A DNA stretch of 64,000 bases from Marsupella aquatica (Eukaryota; Plantae; Marchantiophyta): NCBI GenBank assembly GCA_973895155.1, contig OZ316891.1, positions 1,293,324-1,357,323 on the forward strand. The letters run 5' to 3'. Positions 31,541 to 45,500 of the stretch are shown in pieces (position 1 is the stretch's first letter; each line of letters opens with the position of its first letter). The notes beneath the pieces were generated by a model. That model searched no databases. It was given only the letters and a program-made list of their open reading frames with translations, and was not told the origin of the DNA. The position numbers were made by a program, and so were the translations under genes.

Positions 31541-34500
31541 TGTGACGGGGTCCCCGTCACTCAAAATCACGAATAATGGTCGGGGTGTTAGTGTAACGGG
31601 CACCGCGAGTACTAAGTACCTAGAGGGTGCCCCTTAAGGGGAAATTTTGAGTAACTCCTACAACCTAGCTCACAAGACCACCACGAGGGGCACCGCGAGT
31701 ACTAAGTAAGGAGGCCGGGGTAGCGGGAGGCCGGTGATCAGGAAGGTCGCGGAGGGGGGTTAAATGCCCTTGAGGTGGCCTGGCAAAGGGCGAGCACTTG
31801 GGGGCCCATAAGGGGCAGCCCTAGAGCCGCCACATGGAATCCCTAGGCTGAGTTGGGCAGCAGCGGCGAGGGCAGCCGAGGAGTAAGAGGAGTGAAGGAG
31901 GGGGGGTATTAAACCCTCCCGTGAGCCCGCGAGCAGAGGTGGCCGCGAGCGGGAGAGGGCTGCCGGGGAAGGGGGGGAAATTAAATCCCCCAAAAAGGGG
32001 CGCAGCGGCGAAGGGGGTGAAAGCGCAGCGCAGCCGGGAGGTACCGGGCGGCTTGCCGGAGCCGGGGGGAGCCCGCGAGTAAGAGCCCAGGCGAGCCGAG
32101 CGGGGCGTGAGGCGAGAGGCGAGCCGGGGCACAGTGCAGCCGGGTCGCAGCCGGCGCCGGGAGGAGAAGATCGGGGAGTGGGGGGGGCAATTAAGCCCTC
32201 GTGGGAAGGCGCTCCCGCATGAGAGGCTATGAGTAGGGGGGTTTAAAATCCCATGGGAGGCGCAAGGCGCTCCCGCGAGATGGGAGGCGCGAGGCGCTCC
32301 CGCGAGTAGTGGGGGGAGAATTAAAGCCCCCATTTAAGCGCAGCCGGGATGCTTCGGAGGGCAGGTGAGAGGGGGGCAGGTACGCGAGCGTCAGAAGGGG
32401 GGAGAAAATACTCCCCGATACTCGGGTGAGTCAATACCCAAGAGAGGGCAGCTGACGGCACCTGGCGCTCAGGGGTATACTTAAGGGGGGCCTGCGCCCT
32501 TAGGAAAGCCACCACTTCTTGCTTTCCCCTTAATTTTTTTCTTGCTTCCCTTGAGATGCCGAAAGCTTCCCTCAAAACTGCTTCTTTGTAAACAGTACCC
32601 TGGTTCCTGGTTCTCCCATTTTTTTTCCCTTTCTCTCTAGCTCGGCATTGAATTGGGGGACTCACTGTCTCCGAGCATTAACGGTGGCTATAGTGAATTA
32701 TGTTTGGGAAATTGAGATTGGGTCATTGATTGATTGGGATACGGGGGCCGTTTCGGGCCAGGGAATTGACATTGCTACGGGTAACGGGATTTGGTGATTG
32801 AGGATTGGATTTCTGGATGCATGGATGCTGGATCAACCAGAGTTTAGTGAGGCACGCATTCGGAGATACAAGGCTGCTTACCGTGACTACGTTGAGACAT
32901 TGATTGCAAGAGAGAGAGAAGAGAGGGACGCTACGATGAGTACTGGACCGGCAGCAAGTCTAGCACCGATTTTGAGGAAGGTTTTTCGTCGAATTTATCC
33001 CAAAACCTCTGCCAAGGTGATGGAGGATTGTAGGAATATTTTTCTGGCCACCGGGCTCACGGAGTTCATGAAGGTGGAGATTACAATCCCTTCGGGGAAG
33101 AGTTGGAACATTGGGGCCGGGATGGAGTTACGTACGGAAGGAATCTACTTTGAATGTCTCCAACGAGTAGTGCCCCATGTGAAGTTAGCTAAGCTTCTGT
33201 TTTTGGAGAACCAACAATTCTCATTCATACCTCGGAACATAAGGGGAGAGCTCACATTGATAATGGTGGCCGGTTGGGTGATTAATCCCACCTCCACTAC
33301 TTCCATTCCTCTTTCCGCCATCAAGGATGCTGAGCACAAGGGATTTCTGGCCAAGGTTCATCAACGGGTCCTTGGTAACGTGCAATCAGGGGTGGTGAAT
33401 GGAGAGCACTTCATGGTAGCTATGGACATCAAGAACTATCCAACCCATGTGTACGGATGGTGGTACTACGGGTTGAAGAAGCTACTGGACGCCGATCCCG
33501 GGAGTGTGAAACCAGGTGGGGCTGTACATTTGATGGGGTCATTTTTGCTAGCCAGAGCAGAAGGGTGGATTGTTTCCCCGGGACAGGAAGACACTGGATC
33601 ATCCCTTACCACGGAAATCAGGAGTATTGCGACTACCATCTTGGGAAAACTAACGGAGGGATCATCCTCGGCGGTTGGAGATGATAATAGAGAGGAAGAA
33701 AACCAGGATGAGGACTCCACATTGGAGTGGCTTGAATCACTTGTGGGAAATCCGGAGGAGCCCCTGGTCTATGACATTCCTGATGTCTACCTGGCGGAGT
33801 TACGGGAATTCCGGGAGGGAGTCCATGAGGGACTCAAGCTAGTCCACGCATTGAGAGATTCTCTCAAGCAGGCCACCGCCAGAGTAGAGACTTTGGGGCA
33901 GGGTGCCTTGTCTATGAAGGAGGTGATCAAGGCCAAGGAGGAGGCCATTCATGAGAAGGTTAAACTTCTCCAAGCAGCTCACATAGAGATTTCCAACTTG
34001 AAGGGAGCCTTGTCCACCAAGGCCAAGGAAGCGGAAGAGGTTGGAGTATTGAAACAAGCATTGGCCAAAGAGAGGCAGAATTCTGGAGAAATGGTGGAGT
34101 TAAGAGCCCAGGTGGGAGCACTACGGAGTCAATTGGTGATCTTTGAGACAAGGGCTAAGAGGAGTGAAGCCTTGAGTCTGGGGAAACGGAAGAACCCCTG
34201 CACACCTAGCTCCACACTTTCCCCGGATTTGATCTCCAGGGCCATTGAGATGGTGGTGAAGGAAGTCAGTGGGAAGTATGGGCCCCTGTTGGATGCAGCC
34301 AAGAAGAGTCAAGAGAAAAGCAAGAGCTTAGAGAAGAAGCTCAGGGAGGTACGTAAATCGTTACGAGAGGCTCAGGTCAACACGGGGACCCCGGGGATGC
34401 CGCCCCGATCTGTCACCCCTGGGACTCCCATGGCCACCGGGCAGGTTTTACCATTGGAGTTGCGGTCCGGTGAAGAGGCAGCCTTATGGAAGGACACCAT

Positions 34501-35090
34501 TGGTGAGGGGTACATTAAGGCGTGGCAGGCCTTGGCCAATTTGAGAAAGCAGGGGAACACTAGCACAAGGAGTAGCCCGATAAAGAAGAAGAGGAGTGAA
34601 GTGGCACTCACTCCAGTGGAGAGTGATGAGGAGACCAACTCACGGGGCTCAAGCCATGGCACCGTGAGTGAGGATGAGGAGGACTAGGGTGGTCGTACGG
34701 ACGTGGTTGTACGGCCCCTGGACTTTCCAACCTTTTTGTGAGGGTCACTCACGGGCTTGTTGGAAAGAGCTCGCGGAGCTGATTCCAACAAGGGGCGGCG
34801 CTCCTCAAACGGAGCCAGGATGAGCAGGTTATGGCCCGACGAAGTTGTGTTTACGGGATACGGAAACGGCCATAACTTGGTTGTCCGATGTCGGTTTCGA
34901 GAGCGGTTGAGTGATTCGTGATCAGGAGGGGGAGAGCTGTCCAGGGGTGAACTCAGAAGTGCAAGTGGAAGGGAAGCTAGTTTCGGCCATTGTGGGGTCC
35001 CTTGTTTTTTTTCGCGGTTCACGGAGCGATGTTGGGGCACCTTGAAGGCACCGTCGGTCCCATAGTTAGTTTAGGGTTTTAGAAGCATGT
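31541..35090 (+). mobile_element. Second, 3'-truncated copy of the TG...CA coding element
   Basis: Starts TGTGACGGGGTCCCC like 4919. Shares the G/C stem-loop region, ORF and 3' segment. Similarity stops near 35090; the last ~750 bp and a TSD are missing. Confidence 0.9.
32825..34687 (+). CDS. Homolog of the 617-aa element protein (~620 aa from the first in-frame ATG)
   Basis: Colinear with 6315-8168; only a 3-aa in-frame insertion (TPG). Confidence 0.85.
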   Translation: MLDQPEFSEARIRRYKAAYRDYVETLIAREREERDATMSTGPAASLAPILRKVFRRIYPKTSAKVMEDCRNIFLATGLTEFMKVEITIPSGKSWNIGAGMELRTEGIYFECLQRVVPHVKLAKLLFLENQQFSFIPRNIRGELTLIMVAGWVINPTSTTSIPLSAIKDAEHKGFLAKVHQRVLGNVQSGVVNGEHFMVAMDIKNYPTHVYGWWYYGLKKLLDADPGSVKPGGAVHLMGSFLLARAEGWIVSPGQEDTGSSLTTEIRSIATTILGKLTEGSSSAVGDDNREEENQDEDSTLEWLESLVGNPEEPLVYDIPDVYLAELREFREGVHEGLKLVHALRDSLKQATARVETLGQGALSMKEVIKAKEEAIHEKVKLLQAAHIEISNLKGALSTKAKEAEEVGVLKQALAKERQNSGEMVELRAQVGALRSQLVIFETRAKRSEALSLGKRKNPCTPSSTLSPDLISRAIEMVVKEVSGKYGPLLDAAKKSQEKSKSLEKKLREVRKSLREAQVNTGTPGMPPRSVTPGTPMATGQVLPLELRSGEEAALWKDTIGEGYIKAWQALANLRKQGNTSTRSSPIKKKRSEVALTPVESDEETNSRGSSHGTVSEDEED

Positions 35091-35300
35091 GTCCACATTG
35101 ATCTGGCCGCACAAGAGCAGTACGTGTTATATGATCGTCTTTGAGCGTTGAATATAATTAGTTTGAGTAGTCTTTCTTTGATCTTTCAGTTGCCCTCCTG
35201 ACCAACCTTATCTGGTCATTGTTACAGGTACGAGGCCGTGCTCACAGCTGCTGCTGCACAGCCTTTGCAAGATGATGATGAGGAGTCCTTCGAAAATTAG
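35091..35300 (+). pseudogene. RAN: 3' remnant of a Ran GTPase gene (end of penultimate exon 35091-35119, intron, last exon 35228-35300)
   Basis: Splicing CA|GTACGT...TTACAG|G gives VHIDLAAQEQYEAVLTAAAAQPLQDDDEESFEN*, the characteristic plant Ran acidic C-terminus. No G-domain exons were seen upstream. Confidence 0.85.
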
Positions 35301-38300
35301 ACTCATCAGTTAGTTAGTACTTCAAATCTATGCTTCTTATATGCCTTTCCAAGGTGAACCAGGAAGCCCATCGCATTGTAGGCTGGTGGTTGTGATGCTA
35401 GTTAGGTTCGACTGTAGTGTTTTGAACACCGTCCTTAAAGTCAGTGGTCCAGGTGACACCTATTAGACAATCTCGTCTGAAGAACGTGCCTTCAATACTG
35501 TGGCTTATATGCATTTCTCTACATGCAGATTGCTCCTGTCTGTTATGATTCTGGCCTCCTTGAAATAAGGATTTGTCCTATGCTGTGATTTGGCAGCAGC
35601 CCAAGTTGTATTAACGAACTGCTGTCGTGTGTTACTCTTTTTTAGTTCGCCGGGTGTTTAGCCATTGAGTTCTTGTACTAGGACTGAATGTGTTTACTAT
35701 TTTGAAGTTGAGTTGTGATCATCTGCTCTCCTTTCAAGATCAGTCTTGATTACAAAAACCCTTTGGCTCGCAGGAACTCGACTGTGATGCATTACAATGA
35801 CTTTTTTGGGCCAGCTTAGTCGAGACGATTGTTCATTTGCTCTCCTTTCAAGATCGGCTTGTGGGAAGTCGCTAAGTTCGAGGCTATAGAATCTCAATAC
35901 ATGGAGGCATTTCAACTGTAGCTATTTGATGTATAGTATAAGTTAGTTTCCTTGCTCGTGAAGGAAAAAATGGTGAATGCCCTAATCATAGGCGCTTTGG
36001 TGCAAGTCTTGGCCAAACTACTTGACACTGAACATGAATTTTGAGGTGCCAGTTTAGGGACAACATTGCAATTGCCAAGTGGATGTCGTCAACAAGTTTG
36101 GCTATAAATGACTGCGAAAGTGTATGTTGCTGACTTCAATTCCTGAAAGCACATGATATTACAGTCCCCAAGGGCGAAGAGTCTAGTATTGAGCACTGAT
36201 TCCATGCTGAGGACAAATCCGTTCCTAACTCGACTCCACATGTTTACAGTTCTCGCCCGAGAATGACAATTAATTACTCAGTGTGTTTGACAAGGAGGTG
36301 CTCATAAGAAAGTTGACCTTGTTCGATCGATCTGCTTTTGCCTTTTTCTTCTGCTCAGGTCGCTGCCTTACAGCTCTTCTCTGCCCCGATCGTGTATGGC
36401 CCACTCGAACAAAAAAATCTATCTGGAAAAACATGGTGGGAAATCTCAGGGCGCAGTAAAGTTAAGAGCCACCAACACGCTGCCGAGAGGGAACTCCAAC
36501 TTACACAAAAAGCTTCACAAAGGTGAATCTACTACTAAAATGCGTCACCAGGGCATGCCCTGCGTAAGCAATTACCTCCCCTGTCGTGCATGGCTATTGT
36601 CCTCTCCTGTTGTGTATGGCTAGATTAGAGTTCTGTCCTGCATTCGTTGCTAGTTGCGTAGCAACTGGGGCAGCAATCAATCAATCATGATCCAGCTTGG
36701 GTAGCAACTAGCAAGCATTGTCGTATGCAGACAAAATTTACTCTTTCAATTTTCTGTTGTTCTCTGGATCATCGGGGCGTTGTGTTAGTCTCTCTCGCCC
36801 TTTTGTATCTCTTCCTTTTGTATCTCGCCCTTTTGTATCGCTTTCACTTTGCCATGGCCTCTTTTGGTTCAAATCACGGTCGTTCTCTTCCTCATTCGAT
36901 CGTTTGTTTGTTAACAATCTTTGATGGGGCAGCTTCGATCAAAATCAACAATCAAAATCAACAACGAGAGCGCGTACAGAGGTTGTGGCCCGGAGGTGCG
37001 CTCTTTGCAGTGTGGATTGGGGGCGGGATGGATTATAGTGGACTACTACGTTGAGCTTCAGTGATCTGCTAGAGTAGTTGAGGTCGATCAGTCCTTATCG
37101 ATCTTGTCAATGTCCTTATCGATTCTCTTTGCTTCTCCTTCTTTCTGCTCGATCTATTTGTTTCTGATTAAGATGTGCTGCACCTCTTTTCTGTCCTCGA
37201 TCAGTTCTCATTTTTGCTTTCTTCATTCGGCTTCTGATCTTTTTTGATTTTGTTTCTCCAACATTCCTCTTTACTTTGCACTTCAAGAGGTGAAACTCCT
37301 TTCAAGCTTTCCTCTTTTCATTACTTTCATCAAAAGCCTTCCTCCCTTTCGAAATGTTGATGTGCTTCTTTTGTTCTGACGGTTTTATTTCGGCAGTTAC
37401 ACAGGAATACGGTTACAGTTTACGTTGAACACTATTTACTTTTATAAAAAAACATTTATAAATTTAAGTAAAGAGAATATGGGTGAATGTTTTTAATCTC
37501 GCCCTTTGTATCAATAGATTTGGATGAACTACTTTTAATTACTTTTACATTATGTTTTGACGGCACACCGTCCATAAAATTACACGAAAAGCGACGTAAA
37601 CAAGATGGAGAGGAGTTTATTCGTTGCGCAAACATGACCATTCTTGTTTGTTGCGGTTGTTGCTGACGTGGCACGCTGTGGTGCCAGGAATTTTGGAAGG
37701 AACCTCTAGTGGGGTCCGTAAATAAGCTGATTGGCCATTCAATCTCCAAGAATGTTGGGTGAGGTTTGAGCTATTTCTTACTGCAGAAAAACTTCAAGCT
37801 TCTACTGTAGTTATATGGGCTTTCACTCTCCATTTCATGCCCTCAACTCTGTACTGGGCTGATCGAATAATTCAGTTTGTCCTTTCTTTAGCTCACAATC
37901 TAACTAACTGCAGTTAGAGAAGCACCAGATTGATGATTCTAGATACCATTTTGCAGATGGTCCCTTCATCTCTGCTGTCCCACCCCTCTAACTATGGATG
38001 GAGGATAAAGAGCTGACCTATTTCCATTTCCTCCTTGCTTCCAACCTCAACCTCTTGGGCTGAGTTCCTTGAGCCCTACACTTCTCCCCCAAACTCCACT
38101 TGAAATAAAGTTGTCTGCAAAGTTTTACCCCAAAAAACTTTATGTGTAAAGTCTGGCATTATTTTGTAACTTATTTCTCCACATGAAAAGCCAAATCATA
38201 TAAAGTTATGGTTTAGTGGGAATGAAAAATCAAAGGCTTTCCTTGACTTGACAAAGATAGAGCCAACATATGTATCTAAAGGCAAAATGGCAGAAAATTC

Positions 38301-41033
38301 ACAAGTGTCTCAGTTTATACCAATTGTGGCAACTAAGAAACTGGTTTTGTGTTGCTGATCTGTTGATGTCATAAATGTACCGTGAAGCTTTTCTACAGCC
38401 TGTCTTATGATTTTACAAACAACATTAATGAAGCATGTGCCTTTTGCATAGCATGTTACGTTAGCCAATCTTCTCCAAACTATGCCAATATTTACACAAA
38501 TGATCCAGACTGATTGTTGCTTTTCACATCAAAAGCAACTTGATGCAAAACCTTACTTGTCAAATGCAAAGTCCAAAAGCTTACAGAAAGGCTATCTGAA
38601 GGGTACAACCCATGGGGCTTAGAGAAAAGGGTACTACATATCCCTAAATCTGGTACTCATAAACTGTGAAACAGAGTCCCCAGTGGACAGCATTGGTAGT
38701 CCTACCGGAGCAGGCCGTGCTGCATTTGGTTTTGAGGCTACTACTTTTATGGTACACCATATAGTGCACCAGAGCCATCCATTTTTACTCCTTAAAATGG
38801 TTGATGTTTTGAGGAAGATGCAACAATTACTGTGGATAGATTTTAGGGTATATCCACACTTCTAGTTGCACTATCGAAAGCGGGAGCGAAAGATTACATA
38901 CAGTGGTTCTAAAAATGAAATAAATAGTGTAAACTATGCATTTTGGCTGACATGTAGGGTTGCAAACCAAATACATCCTCCAAAAGTGGAACCTTGTTAA
39001 CTATGGTTTTGCAACCACTCCTACAAAACTTGTGTCATGCCATAAACAAAGGGGTACAAGCTAACTAACTAACTATCCACACGGAGAGGGGAGGAGAGAG
39101 GGGAGAGAGAAATTGTGAGAAATTGTATGCACTGGGCACAAGGCAGTTTGGCCATCTGCAAGACATTGACTTGGCCACCCGCTTGGCCAACATCTTTGCA
39201 TCCCATTGCCAAGTTTGACTCTAATTGGATGTTGCCTTGTCATTTGAGTCCAAGTTCACCCCGGTTACCACTTTTGTATCATTCTCCTCTCATTTTCAAC
39301 TCATAGTCATTCCCACTCATGTCTATGGCACAGAAGGTACCCCCCACCCCCACAAGTCCATCCACAAACAGGCCACTATTATTATCCTTTTCATGCTTCC
39401 TATTGTCAAGGAGGTTCTATTTTCTTCCCCACTTTTCTCCTACAAGCGGGTCTCCCTTTCCCAATGACTTGCTTCCTTTCATCTATTGTAGTAGGTGTTT
39501 TCTCTTTCTTTCTTCATGGCTTCTTCCATTTTGATTTCCTCTTGCTGTACATTTGGCCTGTTATGCATCAGTTGAGTATCCTTTGTATCTAGGGGATCTG
39601 GGCCATTTATAATAATACCTTGCAATGCTGGACGTTTGTGTGGATACTACTAACTAGCTAGGAGTTCAATGGTGCAGATAAATAAGATGCGTACCCAAGG
39701 ACATACTCTCAAACACCTGTTGCGGAAATCATATGAAATCAAGCCCTTATTAGATGTTATCTTGGCAGAGGTTTATGGTGCACAATGATGTACCAGGCAA
39801 GAACATAGGATCCAAACAAATGTGTGTAGCTTTTGTAGTCCAATTTTACCAATATTTTGGTCTGAATGAATTAGTTTTTGAGAGAGTTGACCACAAGTTG
39901 GAGATGCTACTCAGCTCTTCTCTCCTTTAGCTTGGTAGAAAGTAGGTCCCTCATGAATTACACTTACTTGGAAGACATACTTAGTGTTGTGGAAGGAAAG
40001 GGTGCATGTCCACCAAGTCACTTCTAGTAGTGTCAAACGGGAGATGGCGCCCTTCTTGTTCCTCTGATTACTTGAGTGGGTTTCCCCTGTTTTGCTTCAC
40101 CTGCCACAGGTTGGCTGGCCCAAGTCAATGACTCTGGGTGTTGTTACTAGGCTTGGTTTTGCCCTTAGTGGATGGCTTGTTCTCCCTCTCAAGATCTTTA
40201 TTTATGAAAATATTTCTTTGATGAGAAAACCCAAATTACCCCACAAGTTGCCACAATGACAAAATACCCTTAAAGTTTATGACTTCACATAAGACTTTTC
40301 ACAATTCCTTGGAATGTGAAGTGATCCTTATGCCACCACCTCTATGAACAGTCATTGAAAGCAATAAAGCAAAACACCATTGCTAAGCAAGGTGCATGGT
40401 CATTGCACATCATAGTACAATATAGTCTATGGTAATCTATTGTAGGTCAGCACAGAGATGGGTGTTGACAGAGACACAATCTCTATGAGGGAGATGGGAA
40501 GCCGTTGCTTAGCTGAGGATTGCATGAGAATTTTTTTGTAAATTTCAAACTTCAAGGATATTTAAGAACTTTGGATAACTTGTGGCAATAGTTCTTGAGC
40601 AAAGCAAGGGCTCTAGACAAACAAGAGGGGTGATGAGGGAATTTTCCGGGTGACAGTGAGATGGTCTGGTGAAGTGAAATGTCCCTAGTGGCAACCTAGG
40701 GTGACAGGGGAATGGGCATCTGTCAGGGGAGATGATCAGGTGACAAGGGAAACAACCAGACAGAGCAAAATGTCAGACTGAAAATGATACATATATATTT
40801 CCCATCATAAATAGCAAAGTAAGGTGAGTCCACTTTTCCTTCAGCCTTGCCCTGACCAACATTTGGTAATCCCCCCCCCCCCACAAAAAAAATTTATTTT
40901 AAAAAAATTATTTGTGTTTGTAAACTTTTCATATACCCTTTGCTCATAAAGTGAAACTCAATAAGTTGCCAGATGTTTTCTGGCTAAATGCTGACGTCGT
41001 GCGCATACATATTGTTACACAACCTACATGGCA

Positions 41034-41443
41034 TGTCACACACATCCAAACATAGGCACAAACAAACATAAGAGAATAGGCTAAGTGGAACTCATGTCCA
41101 CACTACCCAAAACCCACAATAATCTTCAATGAAGTCAATAACGATTGACGCCAACAATACACGATCAATCTCGTCCAATCCAATCACACATGTATGTCAA
41201 GCCCAACGCACCTTGCACTCAAGGAATTGACATTACATAGAAGGAGCTAGCTCTCAACCACCATAGCCACAACTCAAACTCCCCCCTCCAAGGTTCAACA
41301 TCAAAAGATATCCTTTCGATGCCTCTAGGACTACTCTCCATACAAACCCAAACTGAACCATATTGGCTCATGTAGCACACATACAAAATATACAAACCTA
41401 GATAGTACGATATACTACAATACCACCTTAGAATGGTGTGACA
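41034..41443. mobile_element. Candidate old solo LTR (~410 bp)
   Basis: Perfect 8-bp terminal inverted repeat TGTCACAC...GTGTGACA; flanks TGGCA/ATGCA match only 3/5. Confidence 0.45.
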
Positions 41444-42544
41444 ATGCAGTCTAAAAACATATGTTGGCACTAACTTCATTTTAATAAGTACTTTGCCATC
41501 TTTTCCCACTATGGAAGTGACAAACTGCTCAAGTTAGCTTAGAATGATCAGATGACACTCATCTTGTACTTTTATTGCATCAGATAGTTGAAAGTCCTGA
41601 TTGATCTATTCCTAGGGGCCTACTCTCTAGAGCAAAACCTCTAGACATGACTCATTAGTGTGTGCAACTGAAGTTGGGGCAACTTACTACTAAATCGCAA
41701 ATAGAACCTAGAGTTGGGGTCTAGGCTTCCAGTGTGAAGCCTCTAGACCTTAACCCCTATGGCCCCACCAAATTCATGTCCATCCAAAAAAGATGGGATA
41801 CTATTATCTCAAAAAAGTTGTCATCATCTACAATTATAATAAGAGATCCCACATTTTTTCGTACTTTGTCCCAATAGAAAAAAGCTCTTGGACAAGAAAG
41901 ATCCACAACCGTTGGATTTGATTAATTGGTGGTTTTCCCTGACCATTGATAGAAGAAATGTGCACCCCTAGCATACATGTGCTTCCCGTTGCCCCATAAT
42001 TGCCCCTACCCGACTCCCTATGGACTGGCCCTCCTTGCGCCATGCAGCGCATGAGCATAAGGCTAGTATTCAAATAATGGGCATTCAGGCTCGTAAATTT
42101 GAATTGGCAGCTTCAAGTATTTTTGATCAAAAAGATGACAACCTAGTGAAGGTCAGTTCATGTAAATAGGTTCGGTTGACAGTGTCATATGCTGTATGGA
42201 TAGCGAGTACTGTACAGAGGAGGCGCAGTCTTTGGACCTTCCAGTATTTCATCGTAAACGACCGAAGGCAGGAAAACAGAAAGGTTCTTCGACGAAAGCC
42301 TTTCTTCAGTGGCTTTGCTAAACCAGTAACGAGGATTTACGCATAGAACGCACAGAGTTTTCACAGCGCCATAGCTTTGATTGGAAACAGAGAGCTGTAA
42401 CGAAGGCCGACAGACCCATTTTTCTTCCTGGCGAGCCCAAGCTTTGATTGGAAAGAGAGCAGCAACGAGGACGACACACAAGTATCTTCCAGGCGAGCCC
42501 TCGCTTTTTCCCCCAGAACAGAGAGCAGGCACGAGGGAGTGGAG

Positions 42545-45500
42545 ATGGCTCAGTACGACCTCACGGCCAAGGTGGCACCGTATCTGGATCGGCATCTGGT
42601 GTTTCCGCTGCTGGAGTTCCTGCAAGATAAGCAGCTTTATGCTGATGACCAGATTCTGAAGGCAAAGATCGAGCTGCTGGCGAAGACGAATATGGTTGAT
42701 TACGCCATGGATATCCACAAAAGTTTGTACCACACGGAGGACGTACCTGCAGGTTGGTTGTTTTGTCTTGTTTGGTCGGTCGTGCCATTCTCGGTAGTTT
42801 CTGTTATTTTCAGTCATTCGGTCTCAATGAATTAGGGGTGGAATTGCAGCTTGCCGTGCTGGGAAACCATCCAGCATTTCATAGTTCTTAGGGTGTACGT
42901 TTGTAGTTTTGGAACCAATAATGTACACTAGACGGTGTTTGCTTAGGCCGCATATAGTTGGCTGAAGTTTTTCCCGTGCCCTATCATAGGCCGTTATGGA
43001 GAACATCCTATGGGATTTTTGCTTCAATAGGTGCGTTGTTTGTCTTCACCTGCTAGTTAGCTTCTTTGCGGAAGCTACTGGCGCGAAGAGGTGATGGAAA
43101 TGGGGCTCTGCGGGTTCAGTCTTGGATGCCATGCTGATACCATGATTTTAGGGTTCATAGAGTATATCGTGATGTTTTGCCTCTCGTCTGTTTTGGTAGA
43201 AATGGTGGAAAGAAGATCGGAAGTCGTGCAGAGGTTGAAGTCCCTTGAAGAATTGGCTGCCCCGCTTATCAGTTTCCTTCAAAACCCTCAACTAGTTCAG
43301 GAGCTACGATCCGATAAGCAGTTTAACCTTCAAATGTTGCAGGAGAGATACAAGGTCAGTGGTGTTCGGATTTCTTACAACTTTTCTCTAGCATTTACAC
43401 CTCCGTCCCGCTTTTGTCTGCGATGGACCTCCTAGGTGATTTTTGAGCGAATATCGTACTACAGTTCCCGTTTGTGATGTCTTCAACGATTTTAATCGAA
43501 TTCGGATTTTGTTTGAATTAAAATGCGATGGTACCGGTGCCTTTGAATTGGTCACTGGGCAATGAGTGTACTGCTCGTAATTAAGTGCCTAGGTTAACCT
43601 AGGTTTACAGCTTCACTTACTCATGTTCTTTAACAGAACTATATTACTGACCTGGTGCGTTGGGAAATGGGTTCGTGTCCTGTAGATTGGCTCGGAGCAG
43701 ATCGAGGCATTATACCAGTATGCTAAGTTCCAGTTTGAATGCGGAAATTACTCTGGAGCATCAGACTACTTGTACCAGTACCGAACGTTGTGTACGAATA
43801 GTGACCGGAGTTTTAGCGCTTTGTGGGGAAAGCTTGCCGCGGAAGTTCTAATGCAAAATTGGGATGTCGCCATTGAGGAATTAAATCGACTGAAAGAGAT
43901 CATTGACTCCAAGGTGCTCACCTCCGTTCGTTGGATTGAGCTACACTTGTATCTTGCTTTTATGACGGTGTTGTGGGTAGAATTTCATCGCTCTACTGGT
44001 ACTGTCTGACATGTCGTCTGGCTGTTGCAGAACTTCTCATCCCCACTGAATCAGCTGCAGCAACGAACTTGGTTGATGCATTGGTCCCTTTTCATTTTCT
44101 TCAACCATGAGAACGGGCGGAATAGTATTATCGACTTGTTCTTCAACGATAGGTAAGTCTTGGTCCTCCATCGTGTTATATAGCCACATTCTTCGAACAC
44201 GCCCTCATCGGTTTCCCTTTACCTTCCTTCAGTCAGTACTGGCTCTCGTAGGCTGCTCAGAGGGATAGTAAAACTTCTTGGAAGGCCAATTTTGCACTTC
44301 CTCAGTCCTCTCCAAACCCGGAGGTCGGTATTTGCTACGGCTATACGAATTCTTATGGACTTTGAACGGCTAGGTGCCTCGTTGGTTGTCCGTTTGGAGT
44401 TCTTCTTATTGTTGCTGAGATCAATTCTCTTGAAAAGAGCAGTTCCCATGAAATCTCTTGTAGATGTTGCTCTTGAAGTAGGGATTCGGATCACACATGA
44501 ATAATCGTATCTAATTCACGTCCTCGATTAGGTGTCTAAGATTTACCGCGCCTCTTGCATGTTTTTATTGTTTGGTGCTTCAATACTGGTGTCTGGGAAT
44601 GCTGTATATCTGAAACATGCTTGTATTTTTCGTCGACGAAGGTACTCACAATCCGCGTCGAAATTGGTTGTCCTCTAGTAGTTCGACTTCTGGACGGGTT
44701 AAATTCACAGAGAGCTTTTGACAAACATTTCCTTGATCGCAGGTACTTGAATGCGATTCAGACAAATGCACACCACCTACTTCGTTATTTAGCAGCAGCA
44801 GTGATTGTGAACAAGAGGAGAAGGAACATGTTGAAAGAGCTCATCAAAGTGATCCAGCAGGAGCACTACACCTACAGGGACCCAATTACCGAGTTTTTGG
44901 AGTGTTTATATGTAAATTATGACTTCGAGGGTGCACAGCAAAAGCTACGTGAATGTGAGGAGGTCAGTTTGTTCTCTATCTGTGTTTCCTCCTCTTCAAA
45001 GTTACGTTGATGAGGACTAAGTCGTGCTATTCATCTTGTACATCCTAATCGTTTGTGAGAAGCTGAAGTTTTCCAAGGTTATGTCATGTGCCTTGTCGAG
45101 CTATTGGTGTCTCTTGTATCCCCTCGCTCAGTGGCCGGCTCTTTCCTTCCGTTCATTTGATACACTAAGTCCTTGTCTCAGTTCGTCTCTGATAGGAGAC
45201 TGAACTCTATCTCTTACTGGATTCACCAATCTAGGTATCTGTATTATTAGAGGAGATGGTTTTGGTTGAAAATGCATTTACCTATGGGAACGTAGTCTTA
45301 CAATCGGATAACCTCTTTGCAGTTGATCCTGAACGACTTTTTTCTTGGAAAGCAATCACAAGAGAATGGATTCGTTACAATTCCTCTGCGGGATGAGTTT
45401 CTGGAGAATGCAAGGCTGTTCATCTTTGAGACATACTGCAGGATACATCAGTGTATCGACATCGGGTAAAGTTACTGCCGTTGTGTGTCTATGAATTGCG

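Noticed and set aside
36300-41000. Short ORFs, a ~75-bp imperfect inverted repeat (about 38952-39025) and TIR-like fragments
   Set aside because: No TSDs, partner ends or coding motifs could be established; probably old transposon debris.
42185-42817. 210-aa minus-strand ORF
   Set aside because: It is antisense to eIF3e exon 1 and its promoter, with no motifs.
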